Below, in pieces: positions 8,867 through 17,839 of a stretch of 64,000 bases of DNA; positions within the stretch are counted from its first letter, which is position 1, and every line of letters starts with the position of its first letter. The translations under genes were made by a program, and so were the position numbers. The stretch spans positions 1-64,000 of IMG/VR virus record IMGVR_UViG_3300021399_000010. One strand, 5' to 3'. The stretch comes from a virus (taxonomy: Duplodnaviria > Caudoviricetes). Below the pieces are notes generated by a model. The model ran no database searches, was not told where the DNA came from, and worked only from the letters and a program-made list of their open reading frames with translations.

Positions 8867-9202
8867 TTACTCGTCTATTTCATATATAGCGACGTTCCCC
8901 TCGCTTTCTCTCACTTCCGCTTTGTAACACTCTGGTATCTGTTCTGTTATCCATCGTGCGATATTCTCCGCAGTCGGATTGAACGGAAGAAGTTCGTTCA
9001 AGTTTCCGTGGTCGAGATAACCGTGAATTTTATTCTTGATATGTTTAAAATCAACAACCATTCCATCCTCATTCAATTCTCTCGACTTGCAGTATACTGT
9101 TACAATCCAGTTGTGACCATGCAAGTTCTCACACTTACTCTCATAACTGAGATTGAGGTGGTGACACGCTGCAATCTCAAGTCTCTTTGAAACGTAATAC
9201 AT
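8867..9202 (-). CDS. queD: 6-carboxy-5,6,7,8-tetrahydropterin synthase
   Basis: CENLHGHNW, DFK.IK, LDH, PTAENIA, ESE. Confidence 0.95.
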   Translation of the reverse strand: MYYVSKRLEIAACHHLNLSYESKCENLHGHNWIVTVYCKSRELNEDGMVVDFKHIKNKIHGYLDHGNLNELLPFNPTAENIARWITEQIPECYKAEVRESEGNVAIYEIDE

Positions 9203-9218
9203 AACATTCCCTTTCTTT

Positions 9219-9872
9219 TTATTGTTCGTAAATGGTGTTGTCTTCTATTCCTGCGTCATGCAATGCTTCTTTGCGTTCCACGCACGTTCCGCACTTTCCA
9301 CAGTGGATTTCACCTCCCTTGTAACAACTCCAAGTCATAGAGTAGTCCAATCCGATGGTCTTGCCTATCATTGCAATTTGCGTCTTTGTTATACTTGTGT
9401 ATGGTGCATACACCTTTACATGCTCATACGTACCATATGACATAGCTTCACTCATACTATCAATAAAAGTTGCTCTGCAATCTGGATATATCGAATGGTC
9501 TCCTGCATGGTTTGCTATCATCACTCTTTTAAGTCCCCTGCTTTCTGCGATGCCACATGCAATAGATAGCATGATTCCATTTCTGAATGGGACTACAGTA
9601 GACTTCATGTTGTCATCAGCATAGTGTCCTTCTGGTATTGCATCCGCACCTTCAAGAAGTGATGACTTAAAATACTTGTGTATAAACTCAAGAGGTATTA
9701 TGATGTGTTCAATGTTAAGTTGCTCACAATGATATTTCGCGAACTCTATCTCACGTTTGTTGTGGTTGCTCCCATAGTCGAAAGTGACTGCGAGAGCAAT
9801 GTCTTTTTTCTTGTCGTATAGTAGTGTAACACTATCCATTCCACCACTAAGAATAATAACCGAGTCTTTCAT
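9219..9872 (-). CDS. queC: 7-cyano-7-deazaguanine (preQ0) synthase
   Basis: SGGMDS PP-loop, VPFRN, YPDCR, TWSCY, HCGKCGTC.ER. Confidence 0.96.
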   Translation of the reverse strand: MKDSVIILSGGMDSVTLLYDKKKDIALAVTFDYGSNHNKREIEFAKYHCEQLNIEHIIIPLEFIHKYFKSSLLEGADAIPEGHYADDNMKSTVVPFRNGIMLSIACGIAESRGLKRVMIANHAGDHSIYPDCRATFIDSMSEAMSYGTYEHVKVYAPYTSITKTQIAMIGKTIGLDYSMTWSCYKGGEIHCGKCGTCVERKEALHDAGIEDNTIYEQ

Positions 9873-9874
9873 TT

Positions 9875-10759
9875 TTATAAACTGTTAAAATGCATCCATT
9901 CAAAATTCTGGTCTCCACAAATTTTAGTTGTCACATGTTTCCACCATTCCAAGTTAACACACATTGCGTTTGCTACTATTTCACTTCCTCCCCTTTTTAT
10001 GGCAATATATTTCTCTTCCCCTATGTAATTTTTTACTTTTTCAGTGTCAATTTCTGATGGTTTATAAGTACCTCCAACAGTTCCAAATCGTCTTGCACTC
10101 AACCATGTTATACTGTCACAGCTTGTGCAAAACCTAAACTTTTTAAGATAAGTAAAATTAGTAAAACCAAGGAGATGAATATCTATTGACGGTTTTTTAC
10201 GTTTTATATATTTGACGAGTGGAAGGGCGTATTCGTCGCAACCGTAATATCTTAGTTCTGGCAATCCTATCGCAATATAGTCAGAAAACTCTATCATCCT
10301 ATCTAATCCATACTTCCCATCTGGTAAATGCCATACGTTAATTATTCTATGGTTAGGTAGGTCGTGTCTCATTTTTTCACGCAAAGTCCACGTTTCATCA
10401 GTTCCGATTATTGATTGGGCATCGACTTCGACACAGGTAACGTCAGCTTCGTGCTCCAGTGTCCATTCAATAAGATTGTCATACCACTTAAATACGAGTT
10501 CCTTTGTTACAATGTCCTTATACTTTCCAAATAACATACTAAACAGTCCGCTATCTTGTATAACGTGTTTCATGTTAGCGCAAAGATATTTAGGAACACT
10601 TATTTCAGATATGTTTTTGAACAGTTTTTTTTCAATAAAAGGAAAGGCTGTATACAGACAGTGGGTTATCCCCATTTCATGTAGCAATTGTGCATCGTGT
10701 ATATGCTCTGCTCCTGCAAAGTGGATTTTAATGTTATCTGGCAAATGCAACATACCCAT
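9875..10759 (-). CDS. Divergent TGT-fold transglycosylase (DpdA-like, probable DNA 7-deazaguanine insertase)
   Basis: DSGLFS (cf. TGT DSGGF), IHLLG and SCDSITW motifs; directly upstream of queC-queD-queE-folE. Confidence 0.72.
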   Translation of the reverse strand: MGMLHLPDNIKIHFAGAEHIHDAQLLHEMGITHCLYTAFPFIEKKLFKNISEISVPKYLCANMKHVIQDSGLFSMLFGKYKDIVTKELVFKWYDNLIEWTLEHEADVTCVEVDAQSIIGTDETWTLREKMRHDLPNHRIINVWHLPDGKYGLDRMIEFSDYIAIGLPELRYYGCDEYALPLVKYIKRKKPSIDIHLLGFTNFTYLKKFRFCTSCDSITWLSARRFGTVGGTYKPSEIDTEKVKNYIGEEKYIAIKRGGSEIVANAMCVNLEWWKHVTTKICGDQNFEWMHFNSL

Positions 10760-11244
10760 CAGTCAAATAAAGACAATTGTCGGTTTGGTACGAACTTCTC
10801 TTCTTGCGCTTTACTGTTTCTTGTTGAAATATCTTCTTTTAGAAAATCTTCGACGTTCAGTTCAGCTACCATACATTCATATCCGCCCCATGAAGATGGG
10901 TCAAAAGATATAGTTGAATTAGTCGCATCTATCACGTTATCAGTGTCCCATTCCAGATTCTTCTCCTGTGATAGATTGTCAACAAGAGACATTTCCATTC
11001 CTCTTTTCTCTTTCGCAGACAGGTCTGTACGTTTTACTGCGACAAGAACGTCTCCATCAGTCTCGACAACGATGATTTTCTTTCCAAGTTCCTTTGCTAT
11101 TCTGTAAACGTCGTTGCCGCACAATACTATTCCATCCTTGTCTACGAGTATGGAACGTCCACATCCAAGTTCTTGTATGGAATGACGGATGAGACCATCA
11201 CCGAACCTCGTTCCTCTGTTGAATCTTTTTTTATTCGTCTCCAT
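10759..11244 (-). CDS. ParB/Srx-like domain protein
   Basis: SIQELGCGRSILVD..G..LCGN...AKELG...AVKRTDL...LVDN matches the ParB-like module often linked to phage DNA-modification genes. Confidence 0.7.
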   Translation of the reverse strand: METNKKRFNRGTRFGDGLIRHSIQELGCGRSILVDKDGIVLCGNDVYRIAKELGKKIIVVETDGDVLVAVKRTDLSAKEKRGMEMSLVDNLSQEKNLEWDTDNVIDATNSTISFDPSSWGGYECMVAELNVEDFLKEDISTRNSKAQEEKFVPNRQLSLFD

Positions 11245-11575
11245 TGTTTTTGAATTTGTAAAGTAATGCACTAACTTTTGAATATATACCAACGTGTCTC
11301 AACTTCTTTATTTGGTCAAAGTCGTCTGCTTCGTCGCACTTTCTGTAAGACTTACCAAGAAGTTTCGGAACATCTGTTCTTGAGATGCGTTCTTCGTCGA
11401 GTATGCGAGAAAGTATTTCAACTTCCTCTTCGGTCGCTTTGCATTTGTTGTTCTTGTTTTCCGTCATAATCTCGTCCACCCATCCACCGAGTCGGTGTTT
11501 GTTTGCGAGTGACTTGAGACGTGTCAAGTATACCCTGCAAAGTTCTTGCAAGATGTTCTCTCTTTGTGTTTCCAT
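11231..11575 (-). CDS. Hypothetical protein
   Basis: ORF in operon; start placed at METQR. Confidence 0.5.
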   Translation of the reverse strand: METQRENILQELCRVYLTRLKSLANKHRLGGWVDEIMTENKNNKCKATEEEVEILSRILDEERISRTDVPKLLGKSYRKCDEADDFDQIKKLRHVGIYSKVSALLYKFKNNGDE

Positions 11576-11608
11576 AAGGATATTCTTTGTTTTCGTGAAC
11601 CACATTTT

Positions 11609-11893
11609 CTACTTCCGTTTACTTCCTCTTGCGCGTCTATCTCCTGCGGTATCAGACTTGCTACCACGATTGACAGAACTCTTCTTGTATACGAGTCCGT
11701 TTTTTGTGTGTGACAAGTCCTTTCCTTCTCTCGATGCTTTTCCGTACTTCTTGTCGTGTTGTCGGTTCTTTATAGTCAACTCAGAACGTTTCTTCCGTTG
11801 CGATGGTTTCTTATTGAACTTGGCATCGTACGCACGTTTCTTTGCTCGTGCTTTGGGGTGTGAGCGGTAGTATCTTGTAGTTCTGCAAACCAT
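11609..11893 (-). CDS. Small highly basic protein (degenerate HNH-like)
   Basis: K/R-rich; GKDLSH..G....SSVNRG resembles minimal HNH-like phage proteins. Confidence 0.45.
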   Translation of the reverse strand: MVCRTTRYYRSHPKARAKKRAYDAKFNKKPSQRKKRSELTIKNRQHDKKYGKASREGKDLSHTKNGLVYKKSSVNRGSKSDTAGDRRARGSKRK

Positions 11894-11899
11894 GAGATT

Positions 11900-12286
11900 T
11901 TAGTTTAAAAGATTTTCAACTATTCCGTCACCGATTTCATTTGGGTGTTCCATTTCGTACTCTTCCATTTCCTCTGGCGACATACGTTGGAATCCGTTCA
12001 TCCATTGGTGGAAGTCTGGTGTCGGCAAGTCGTATTCCATCGTCCATAATGTGTAGTCGTACCACTCATCGAAGTCCTCTTTTTCAACGCAATTGTTGAC
12101 GATATACATAATGTCAACAAAATCGATTATGTAGTAAGAGGAGTAACAATATATACCAGTGAATACATCATCATTAATCCAGAACCCATAGTCTGAATCC
12201 CAGTCGAACATATCAAGGAAAGTCGCAAGGTATTTGTTTGCGACTTCCTTGTATTGCTCCTTTATTTGTTCAATATGCGTTGCCAT
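11900..12286 (-). CDS. Hypothetical acidic/aromatic protein
   Basis: 128-aa ORF in operon. Confidence 0.6.
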   Translation of the reverse strand: MATHIEQIKEQYKEVANKYLATFLDMFDWDSDYGFWINDDVFTGIYCYSSYYIIDFVDIMYIVNNCVEKEDFDEWYDYTLWTMEYDLPTPDFHQWMNGFQRMSPEEMEEYEMEHPNEIGDGIVENLLN

Positions 12287-12663
12287 AGATTTCGGTTCTT
12301 GAGTCTAATAATCTCTTCACTCTTACTTAGTCTCAGTTCAACCTCCTTGTCGATTTTGTCTTGTGCATCTTTGAGTTCTTGTTGGAGGTCTTTAATGGAT
12401 GTCTTGTAGTAATCCTCCACCTCTTTGCGAACATCATCGAATCCAACCACATTGGTGTCGGTCTCAACGCGTACTTCCTTGCATATTAATGCAAAGTCTG
12501 GTTTGATGTAGTGTTTCACATCCCTAACAATCACTTTCAATCCATCGGACTCTTGAGCCTCCTTTAATGCATGGTCGAGTTCTGCATTTTCTTGGAGAAG
12601 CTGTGAGTTTAGTTCTTTTAATTCGTTGTAAGATTTCAACGACATAGTAACAGTGTCTGCCAT
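12262..12663 (-). CDS. Hypothetical coiled-coil protein
   Basis: Heptad-rich 133-aa ORF. Confidence 0.6.
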   Translation of the reverse strand: MADTVTMSLKSYNELKELNSQLLQENAELDHALKEAQESDGLKVIVRDVKHYIKPDFALICKEVRVETDTNVVGFDDVRKEVEDYYKTSIKDLQQELKDAQDKIDKEVELRLSKSEEIIRLKNRNLWQRILNK

Positions 12664-12664
12664 G

Positions 12665-12829
12665 TTAGTTCTTTTTTATTTTACACAATATTCCGTTAAG
12701 TTTACCACGTTTAAATGTAACTGTCTCAATCAAGTTGTCTTTGATGCGGTTGCGGATGGTTTGCGAACTCACACCCTCACGTTCCGCATATTCAGAGACT
12801 GATATATATTCAAATTCTTCGTTTCCCAT
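12665..12829 (-). CDS. Small HTH (excisionase/MerR-like) protein, absent from the ORF track
   Basis: Hand translation MGNEEFEYISVSEYAEREGVSSQTIRNRIKDNLIETVTFKRGKLNGILCKIKKN (54 aa) fills the intergenic gap. Confidence 0.7.
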   Translation of the reverse strand: MGNEEFEYISVSEYAEREGVSSQTIRNRIKDNLIETVTFKRGKLNGILCKIKKN

Positions 12830-12841
12830 CGTCTTGTTCTT

Positions 12842-13300
12842 TTAGTTACCAGAACTTCCGTATCCACCAGTTCCCCTTTCTGAGTCTGAAAGTGTTTCGG
12901 TTTGTTCAAGTTCTATATTCGGGTAAGGCATGATGATGAGTTGTCCGATTCTATCCTCGTCCTTATACATACAAGGCTCCCAGTCTTCCGCGTCATCATC
13001 ATCTATGTTTGCTATCCTTACACTTCCCTTAAACTTGAATGTGACTTCACCGCGATAACCGCTATCAATCACACCTACTGAATTACTTAGGAGCAGGTCT
13101 TTCTTCGCATTGCTTGAACGAGGGAAGAGAAGACCAACATGTCCATCTGGAATCTCCATTGCTACCCCAGTGTAGTACACCATGTTTCCGTTTTTGTCGA
13201 GTTCATGGTGGTGTGCATACAAGTCTATTCCAGCATCAGATGCGTGTGCTTTTGTAGGCATCTTTGCATCATCATACAGTTTCTTAATCTTTACTTTCAT
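12842..13300 (-). CDS. dut: Trimeric dUTPase
   Basis: AGIDL, PRSS, GVIDSGYRGE, RIGQL, RGTGGYGSSG. Confidence 0.95.
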   Translation of the reverse strand: MKVKIKKLYDDAKMPTKAHASDAGIDLYAHHHELDKNGNMVYYTGVAMEIPDGHVGLLFPRSSNAKKDLLLSNSVGVIDSGYRGEVTFKFKGSVRIANIDDDDAEDWEPCMYKDEDRIGQLIIMPYPNIELEQTETLSDSERGTGGYGSSGN

Positions 13301-13958
13301 TGTTTTCGTTTTGTTGGTTTAATACTTTTTCGTTTTCCATTTCACTTATTGCTTCGATGTTCTCTTGCATGAGTTCCTCATCCGTCTGTTTGTGGAATAA
13401 GACTGATTCGTTAAGGTCGTCCGCAATCTCCTTCATGGTTGCAATAACACCATTTATGAAATCTTTGTTGGTCATGTCCTGTGTTTTTTCAGAGAGCATG
13501 ATTGAGTTCTTTGATATGTTGTGGACATACTCCTCATAGACAAGGAATGCTTCGATGTCATTTTCGCCGATGGTGTAAAGTGGTGTGAATATGTTGAGCA
13601 ACCACCAATCAACATACGTTGCGATATTATACTCAGTCTCCTTTGTTTTGTCTTCCTTTAGGGTAGAGAAAAGCTTTGCGTACGAGTATCCATCTTCCGT
13701 CAAGCAGTCGTTAGTGTTTGCAATTTCAATAAACCGCTTCACATACAGCCAAGGTCTGGAAACACCATTGGATGTAAAAGAACGGAACACATGTGTGTGG
13801 TAGTTCGTTTCAACTATTGCGAAGTCAGTGTTTGCTACCAGTCTGACACCTTTGTCGGAGAAATACATCTCTTCGGTGTCCTTTGTTCTGTCAACGTGTA
13901 TGAGCGCATTATCAATGCGTCTTTGCAGTTGTGCGTTAGTTGGTTTTTTCTTTTCCAT
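13284..13958 (-). CDS. Hypothetical protein
   Basis: 224-aa ORF in operon. Confidence 0.65.
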   Translation of the reverse strand: MEKKKPTNAQLQRRIDNALIHVDRTKDTEEMYFSDKGVRLVANTDFAIVETNYHTHVFRSFTSNGVSRPWLYVKRFIEIANTNDCLTEDGYSYAKLFSTLKEDKTKETEYNIATYVDWWLLNIFTPLYTIGENDIEAFLVYEEYVHNISKNSIMLSEKTQDMTNKDFINGVIATMKEIADDLNESVLFHKQTDEELMQENIEAISEMENEKVLNQQNENNESKD

Positions 13959-14124
13959 AGAGTTCTTCTTTTTCTTTTTCCAAGTATTTAAGTATTGATG
14001 TCAGTTGCTGGATAACGTTACCGATAGAACATGAACCGTATACTCGTTCAATATCTTTCAGTACAGATAACTGTGCTCTCATTTTCAGTATTTTCCAGTC
14101 GATAGATTTTTCTTCATTTTCCAT
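13936..14124 (-). CDS. Hypothetical protein
   Basis: 62-aa ORF starting at MENEEK. Confidence 0.5.
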   Translation of the reverse strand: MENEEKSIDWKILKMRAQLSVLKDIERVYGSCSIGNVIQQLTSILKYLEKEKEELYGKEKTN

Positions 14125-14653
14125 TGTTCGCAGATTTTTGTTCGCTATAGATTGCAGCAAGTCTCATAATCAACCCATCATGGGTCTTTGGTACTCTCGC
14201 TCTTTTCAGCTTGTTTGTCTTGTTGTAGGATGCGATGTATGCTTTTGCCTCCTCGTCATTGTGAATATGGTCGAAGTAGTATTCTCCCACACCAGTGTCT
14301 TCGTCCAGGGTTTCTTCGTTCTCAAGGTCTTTCGCTTCATTCAAGATGAGTTCAACGTGTTTCTTGGATTCCTCATCCAAATCCATGCTGTCTATCTCAT
14401 CCAGACTTGTCATGTAGCTTGGGACAACAAAATACTCCTTGACTCGCACGAATGGTTCTAAACCAAAAGTCTTCGTGATTCTTGGTACTTCACCATCGGT
14501 GTCTGAGTTGTATTTGCATACAGCATAAGCAAGACTCCCATCCAACAGTTCTACGACTGCAACACCTTTGTCGAAAGATTTCCCGTCAAATGGTCTCTTG
14601 GGAATATTTGGAATCCCCAAGTGTTCGATAATTTCTTTTTGGTACTTAATCAT
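14114..14653 (-). CDS. Hypothetical protein
   Basis: Start moved to MIKYQ because the longer ORF overlaps a tRNA. Confidence 0.6.
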   Translation of the reverse strand: MIKYQKEIIEHLGIPNIPKRPFDGKSFDKGVAVVELLDGSLAYAVCKYNSDTDGEVPRITKTFGLEPFVRVKEYFVVPSYMTSLDEIDSMDLDEESKKHVELILNEAKDLENEETLDEDTGVGEYYFDHIHNDEEAKAYIASYNKTNKLKRARVPKTHDGLIMRLAAIYSEQKSANNGK

Positions 14654-14671
14654 ATCTCTAATAGTTTGGTG

Positions 14672-14743
14672 TTGCGGAGGTTGGAATCGAACCAACGTTC
14701 TTTTGGTCATGAGCCAAACGAGATACCACTTCTCCACTCCGCG
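14672..14743 (-). tRNA. tRNA-Met (CAU), initiator-like
   Basis: CGCGGAG/CTCCGCA acceptor with C1:A72 mismatch, TTTGG-CTCATGA-CCAAA anticodon arm, GTTGG-TTCGATT-CCAAC T arm; promoter at 14755-14762. Confidence 0.88.
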
Positions 14744-14786
14744 ATTGAACTATGCAAAGTTACAATTAATTTTGGATATACCAAAT

Positions 14787-15539
14787 TTATGCAGAGGTTT
14801 TTGAAACCTTACCAATAGTTTCTCCATTACGGAACACCTTGAATGGAGTCACTTCGGTTCTCTTCTCGACAATGTCTCGCATAAGTGATGCAGTGTATAT
14901 ACTATCTGGGTCGTCCGCAGACATACGTTTTCCGACCATCATTGCAGATGCTTTATCCATGTTAGTGTGGATGGTTTGTTGAGTCTTATTCACAAGGTCA
15001 TACTTTGTGACGCACCAAGACTCGACTGGGTCTTCAACATTCTCAACATCCATTACGGACTTGAAAAACCTGTATTCATCATCACCCTTGATGATGCGGA
15101 TTGAAAGGTCTTCCTTATCTTCAATGGTGTGTTGTTCATCTCCAAGTTTCCAGTTCATCGGCAGGTTCGCCCATTTCATGAGATTTCGATACAGGTTCTC
15201 AGTATCCATCGCTATCTCTTTCTGTGCAGCACTGCCATTGTAGTAGTCGGTGAAGAACGAGACAAGCTGGTCTACTGATTTTTCATATCTACCAAGTGCT
15301 TTTGCTATCTCGTGTTTGCGACCGTTGATAGATGATAGCATGTAGTCTATGTCACCGAATATCATGTATGCAGCCTTGTTTGTGGCATAGATAAGACTAA
15401 GCAGATGTGAAACCCTTTCAAAGAATCCGAGTTTCTTTGCTTGTTCAATGTCAAGACCACGGATTCCAACACGCTTGATGCGGTTCTCAACATCCTTTGT
15501 TATCTCGACACCGCCAGACAGTTCGATGTGTTCTTTCAT
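14787..15539 (-). CDS. Hypothetical protein
   Basis: 250-aa ORF. Confidence 0.65.
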   Translation of the reverse strand: MKEHIELSGGVEITKDVENRIKRVGIRGLDIEQAKKLGFFERVSHLLSLIYATNKAAYMIFGDIDYMLSSINGRKHEIAKALGRYEKSVDQLVSFFTDYYNGSAAQKEIAMDTENLYRNLMKWANLPMNWKLGDEQHTIEDKEDLSIRIIKGDDEYRFFKSVMDVENVEDPVESWCVTKYDLVNKTQQTIHTNMDKASAMMVGKRMSADDPDSIYTASLMRDIVEKRTEVTPFKVFRNGETIGKVSKTSA

Positions 15540-15748
15540 TTTCTAAGGTTTTTAAATATACCACCACGAGAGAAGAAATAATATGTGTCCACCCAATAAT
15601 ATTGAACACCACCATATTTGAACGGAATTGCTTGTGGAAACAAGTCTTTATATTCCTCGTCTACAAGGACATGAAATTTATCCTTGTTGGTTGGAAGATT
15701 TCTCTCCAAGTCGCTATGTGAATGTAGGTATTTTATCTTGTCGCTCAT
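15536..15748 (-). CDS. Hypothetical protein
   Basis: Short ORF starting at MSDKIK after an AT-rich leader. Confidence 0.5.
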   Translation of the reverse strand: MSDKIKYLHSHSDLERNLPTNKDKFHVLVDEEYKDLFPQAIPFKYGGVQYYWVDTYYFFSRGGIFKNLRK

Positions 15749-15762
15749 GTTTGAATTATAAG

Positions 15763-15789
15763 AAGTGGGGGACAAATCATCCCCCACTT
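15763..15789 (-). terminator. Hairpin downstream of recT
   Basis: AAGTGGGGGA/TCCCCCACTT perfect 10-bp stem. Confidence 0.6.
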
Positions 15790-15802
15790 TGGTTTTGTGT
15801 GA

Positions 15803-16639
15803 CTATTTCTTTTTCTCTTCCTTCTCATCGACAATTTCAAAGTCGGCGAACTTGCTCGCCAACTCCTGCGCTTTCTCGATGTCGATAGCATTCTCCTCGT
15901 TGTCTATGTATCGTTTGGAGTCGTTCTCTCCAAGTACAGCTTGGTCGCTCGCTATCGCATCTCGCATCTCGACTGAGAGGGGTGCATACTTCGACAAAAG
16001 TCTCTTGAGTACGGTCTTCTCCATCATAGCACCACGCATGTCCTTGTCCGCCCACAATCCGTAACCACGTCTGTAGGTCTGGGAAAATCTCTTTGCATGA
16101 GCATCGAGCTCCTCAACGGTCATGTACAACTGCTTCTCAAAACCATTCACAAGTTGCATGTATGCGACATAACCAACGATGGGTGCTTTCTCCCTATCCG
16201 TTGCAAGTTTCTTGAACTGCAACTCTCCGCTTACGAAATCCTCTCCGACTATCTCTCCCTCTCTCACATCACGCACATTCAGTTTCTTGAACTGAGCGGA
16301 ACGCAGAGCAAGCTGTACATATCCTCTTGCTCCGAGTTGCCATGTTGCGACTGTCACATTGTTCTTGTTGTCACGGTACGGAAGAACATAGCACAAACCA
16401 AGTGCAGGGTCGAGCGACAAGTCAAGGGCTGAACTCTTCAGACATGAGAACATGATGGTTGACGGGTCACACTCACTAAGTGCTTTGTTGTTGCTCACGA
16501 GAGCAACCATATTGCCTACAAACGTTTGTTTCTTCTCGCCGAGGACACTTGCAAGGTAATCCTGTGTTCTTGTGTTCTCAAGCATTGCATTGAATCTCTG
16601 GAGACCAGTCTGAGGTCTTTTTGCTACTTCATTTGCCAT
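15803..16639 (-). CDS. recT: RecT-family ssDNA annealing recombinase
   Basis: L..DPALGLCYVLPY, QLGARGYVQLALRS, M..KTVLKRLLSKYAPLS. Confidence 0.9.
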   Translation of the reverse strand: MANEVAKRPQTGLQRFNAMLENTRTQDYLASVLGEKKQTFVGNMVALVSNNKALSECDPSTIMFSCLKSSALDLSLDPALGLCYVLPYRDNKNNVTVATWQLGARGYVQLALRSAQFKKLNVRDVREGEIVGEDFVSGELQFKKLATDREKAPIVGYVAYMQLVNGFEKQLYMTVEELDAHAKRFSQTYRRGYGLWADKDMRGAMMEKTVLKRLLSKYAPLSVEMRDAIASDQAVLGENDSKRYIDNEENAIDIEKAQELASKFADFEIVDEKEEKKK

Positions 16640-16641
16640 AA

Positions 16642-17631
16642 TTACTTTTCTTTTTTAACTTTAATTGAAACGTATCCTTTTTTAATCGTTGTTTTGGTAT
16701 ACTCCGCAACAATTTTCTTTGTCTTGTATGGGTGTTGTTTCATCATGTCTGCGATGTACCTTTTGTGGTCAAAGGTTTTGGTTTCCGAATCATCAACCCT
16801 TGTTATCGACCACATGTCGTTCTTCACAGACTTGATGTCTTTGTCTTTCATGAACTTGTATAGTTGTTCCTTGAATGCAGCAACCTTGAGTTCACGTTCC
16901 TTTATCTCAGATAAGATGGTGGTTATTTTATTAAACTCATCCTTGACATTTGCAGGAAGGTATTCCGCATCAACTTCATCACCATCATAATACTCCGTGT
17001 AATCCTCAAGGAATGTGTCAATAATATCCATTGCACTACCGATGTCGAATAGGGTGGAAAGAGTAATCCTGTGCATTGACATCCTGTCTCCGTCAAACTC
17101 CCATTGTTCCTCATTTGAAATATCAACACCGTTTGTGTCGTAGTGTACGAGGTATACATAAACCTTCCAGTCCTTTCCGTATTTCCTTGCAAGTTCATGT
17201 GCGAGTGACCACTCTATGAACATCTGTGCTCTATATGTAGACTTGGTTGCTGTCACATCAAACTTTGTGGTCTTAACCTCATATACATAAATCGCCTTTC
17301 CATCATTGTCGATGCGAACAATGTCTGGATGACAAATCAGCTTGACATTCTTCCGTGTGTACTTCTCACTTTCCCATAGTGGGTTTGATACATACTTGAC
17401 TGATGCACCACGACAAATTGTGTCATATATCTCTTGCTCGATGAAATCCCCGAATCGCATCTCTTGCGTAGACACGTTATCTTGTGGGATAAGTCCCTTG
17501 CATACCGCAAGACGTTTATACGCCGACTTTGGTATGTATTTTAGACTTGCTACTTGTTGAAGCAGCTTTCCATCGCTACCACCGAGACAACCAATCCTTG
17601 TTGACTCTATCTCTCTTTTATACTCTTCCAT
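16642..17631 (-). CDS. YqaJ/lambda-exonuclease-like nuclease
   Basis: R.GCLGGSD, G..IE, HPD....EVKT PD-(D/E)xK motifs; adjacent to recT. Confidence 0.82.
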   Translation of the reverse strand: MEEYKREIESTRIGCLGGSDGKLLQQVASLKYIPKSAYKRLAVCKGLIPQDNVSTQEMRFGDFIEQEIYDTICRGASVKYVSNPLWESEKYTRKNVKLICHPDIVRIDNDGKAIYVYEVKTTKFDVTATKSTYRAQMFIEWSLAHELARKYGKDWKVYVYLVHYDTNGVDISNEEQWEFDGDRMSMHRITLSTLFDIGSAMDIIDTFLEDYTEYYDGDEVDAEYLPANVKDEFNKITTILSEIKERELKVAAFKEQLYKFMKDKDIKSVKNDMWSITRVDDSETKTFDHKRYIADMMKQHPYKTKKIVAEYTKTTIKKGYVSIKVKKEK

Positions 17632-17837
17632 TATACTCTATCCAATATGTCGTTAATCTCACAATTTCTCTGCATCATATCCTTCAATAGCGACTTTGTT
17701 TCACTATCAACAATGTCACGTATCTTCACAAGTGCGTTGAGTGGAATTGCACCCAGTTCCTTGTCTCTACTGTCGATTATCGCATTACCGACAACCCATG
17801 CAAGTTCCCTTGCGATTTTTCTAATTTTTTCTTCCAT
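17631..17837 (-). CDS. Hypothetical protein
   Basis: 68-aa ORF abutting its neighbour. Confidence 0.5.
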   Translation of the reverse strand: MEEKIRKIARELAWVVGNAIIDSRDKELGAIPLNALVKIRDIVDSETKSLLKDMMQRNCEINDILDRV

Positions 17838-17839
17838 AG

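Noticed and set aside
7742-9872. que genes as host-like tRNA queuosine biosynthesis (auxiliary metabolism)
   Set aside because: queF, queA and queG/H are absent, and the cluster is fused to TGT-like and ParB-like genes next to the replication genes, which fits DNA modification better.
14654-14737. N-terminal extension of the 207-aa ORF
   Set aside because: It overlaps the tRNA-Met gene; a better start is at 14653.
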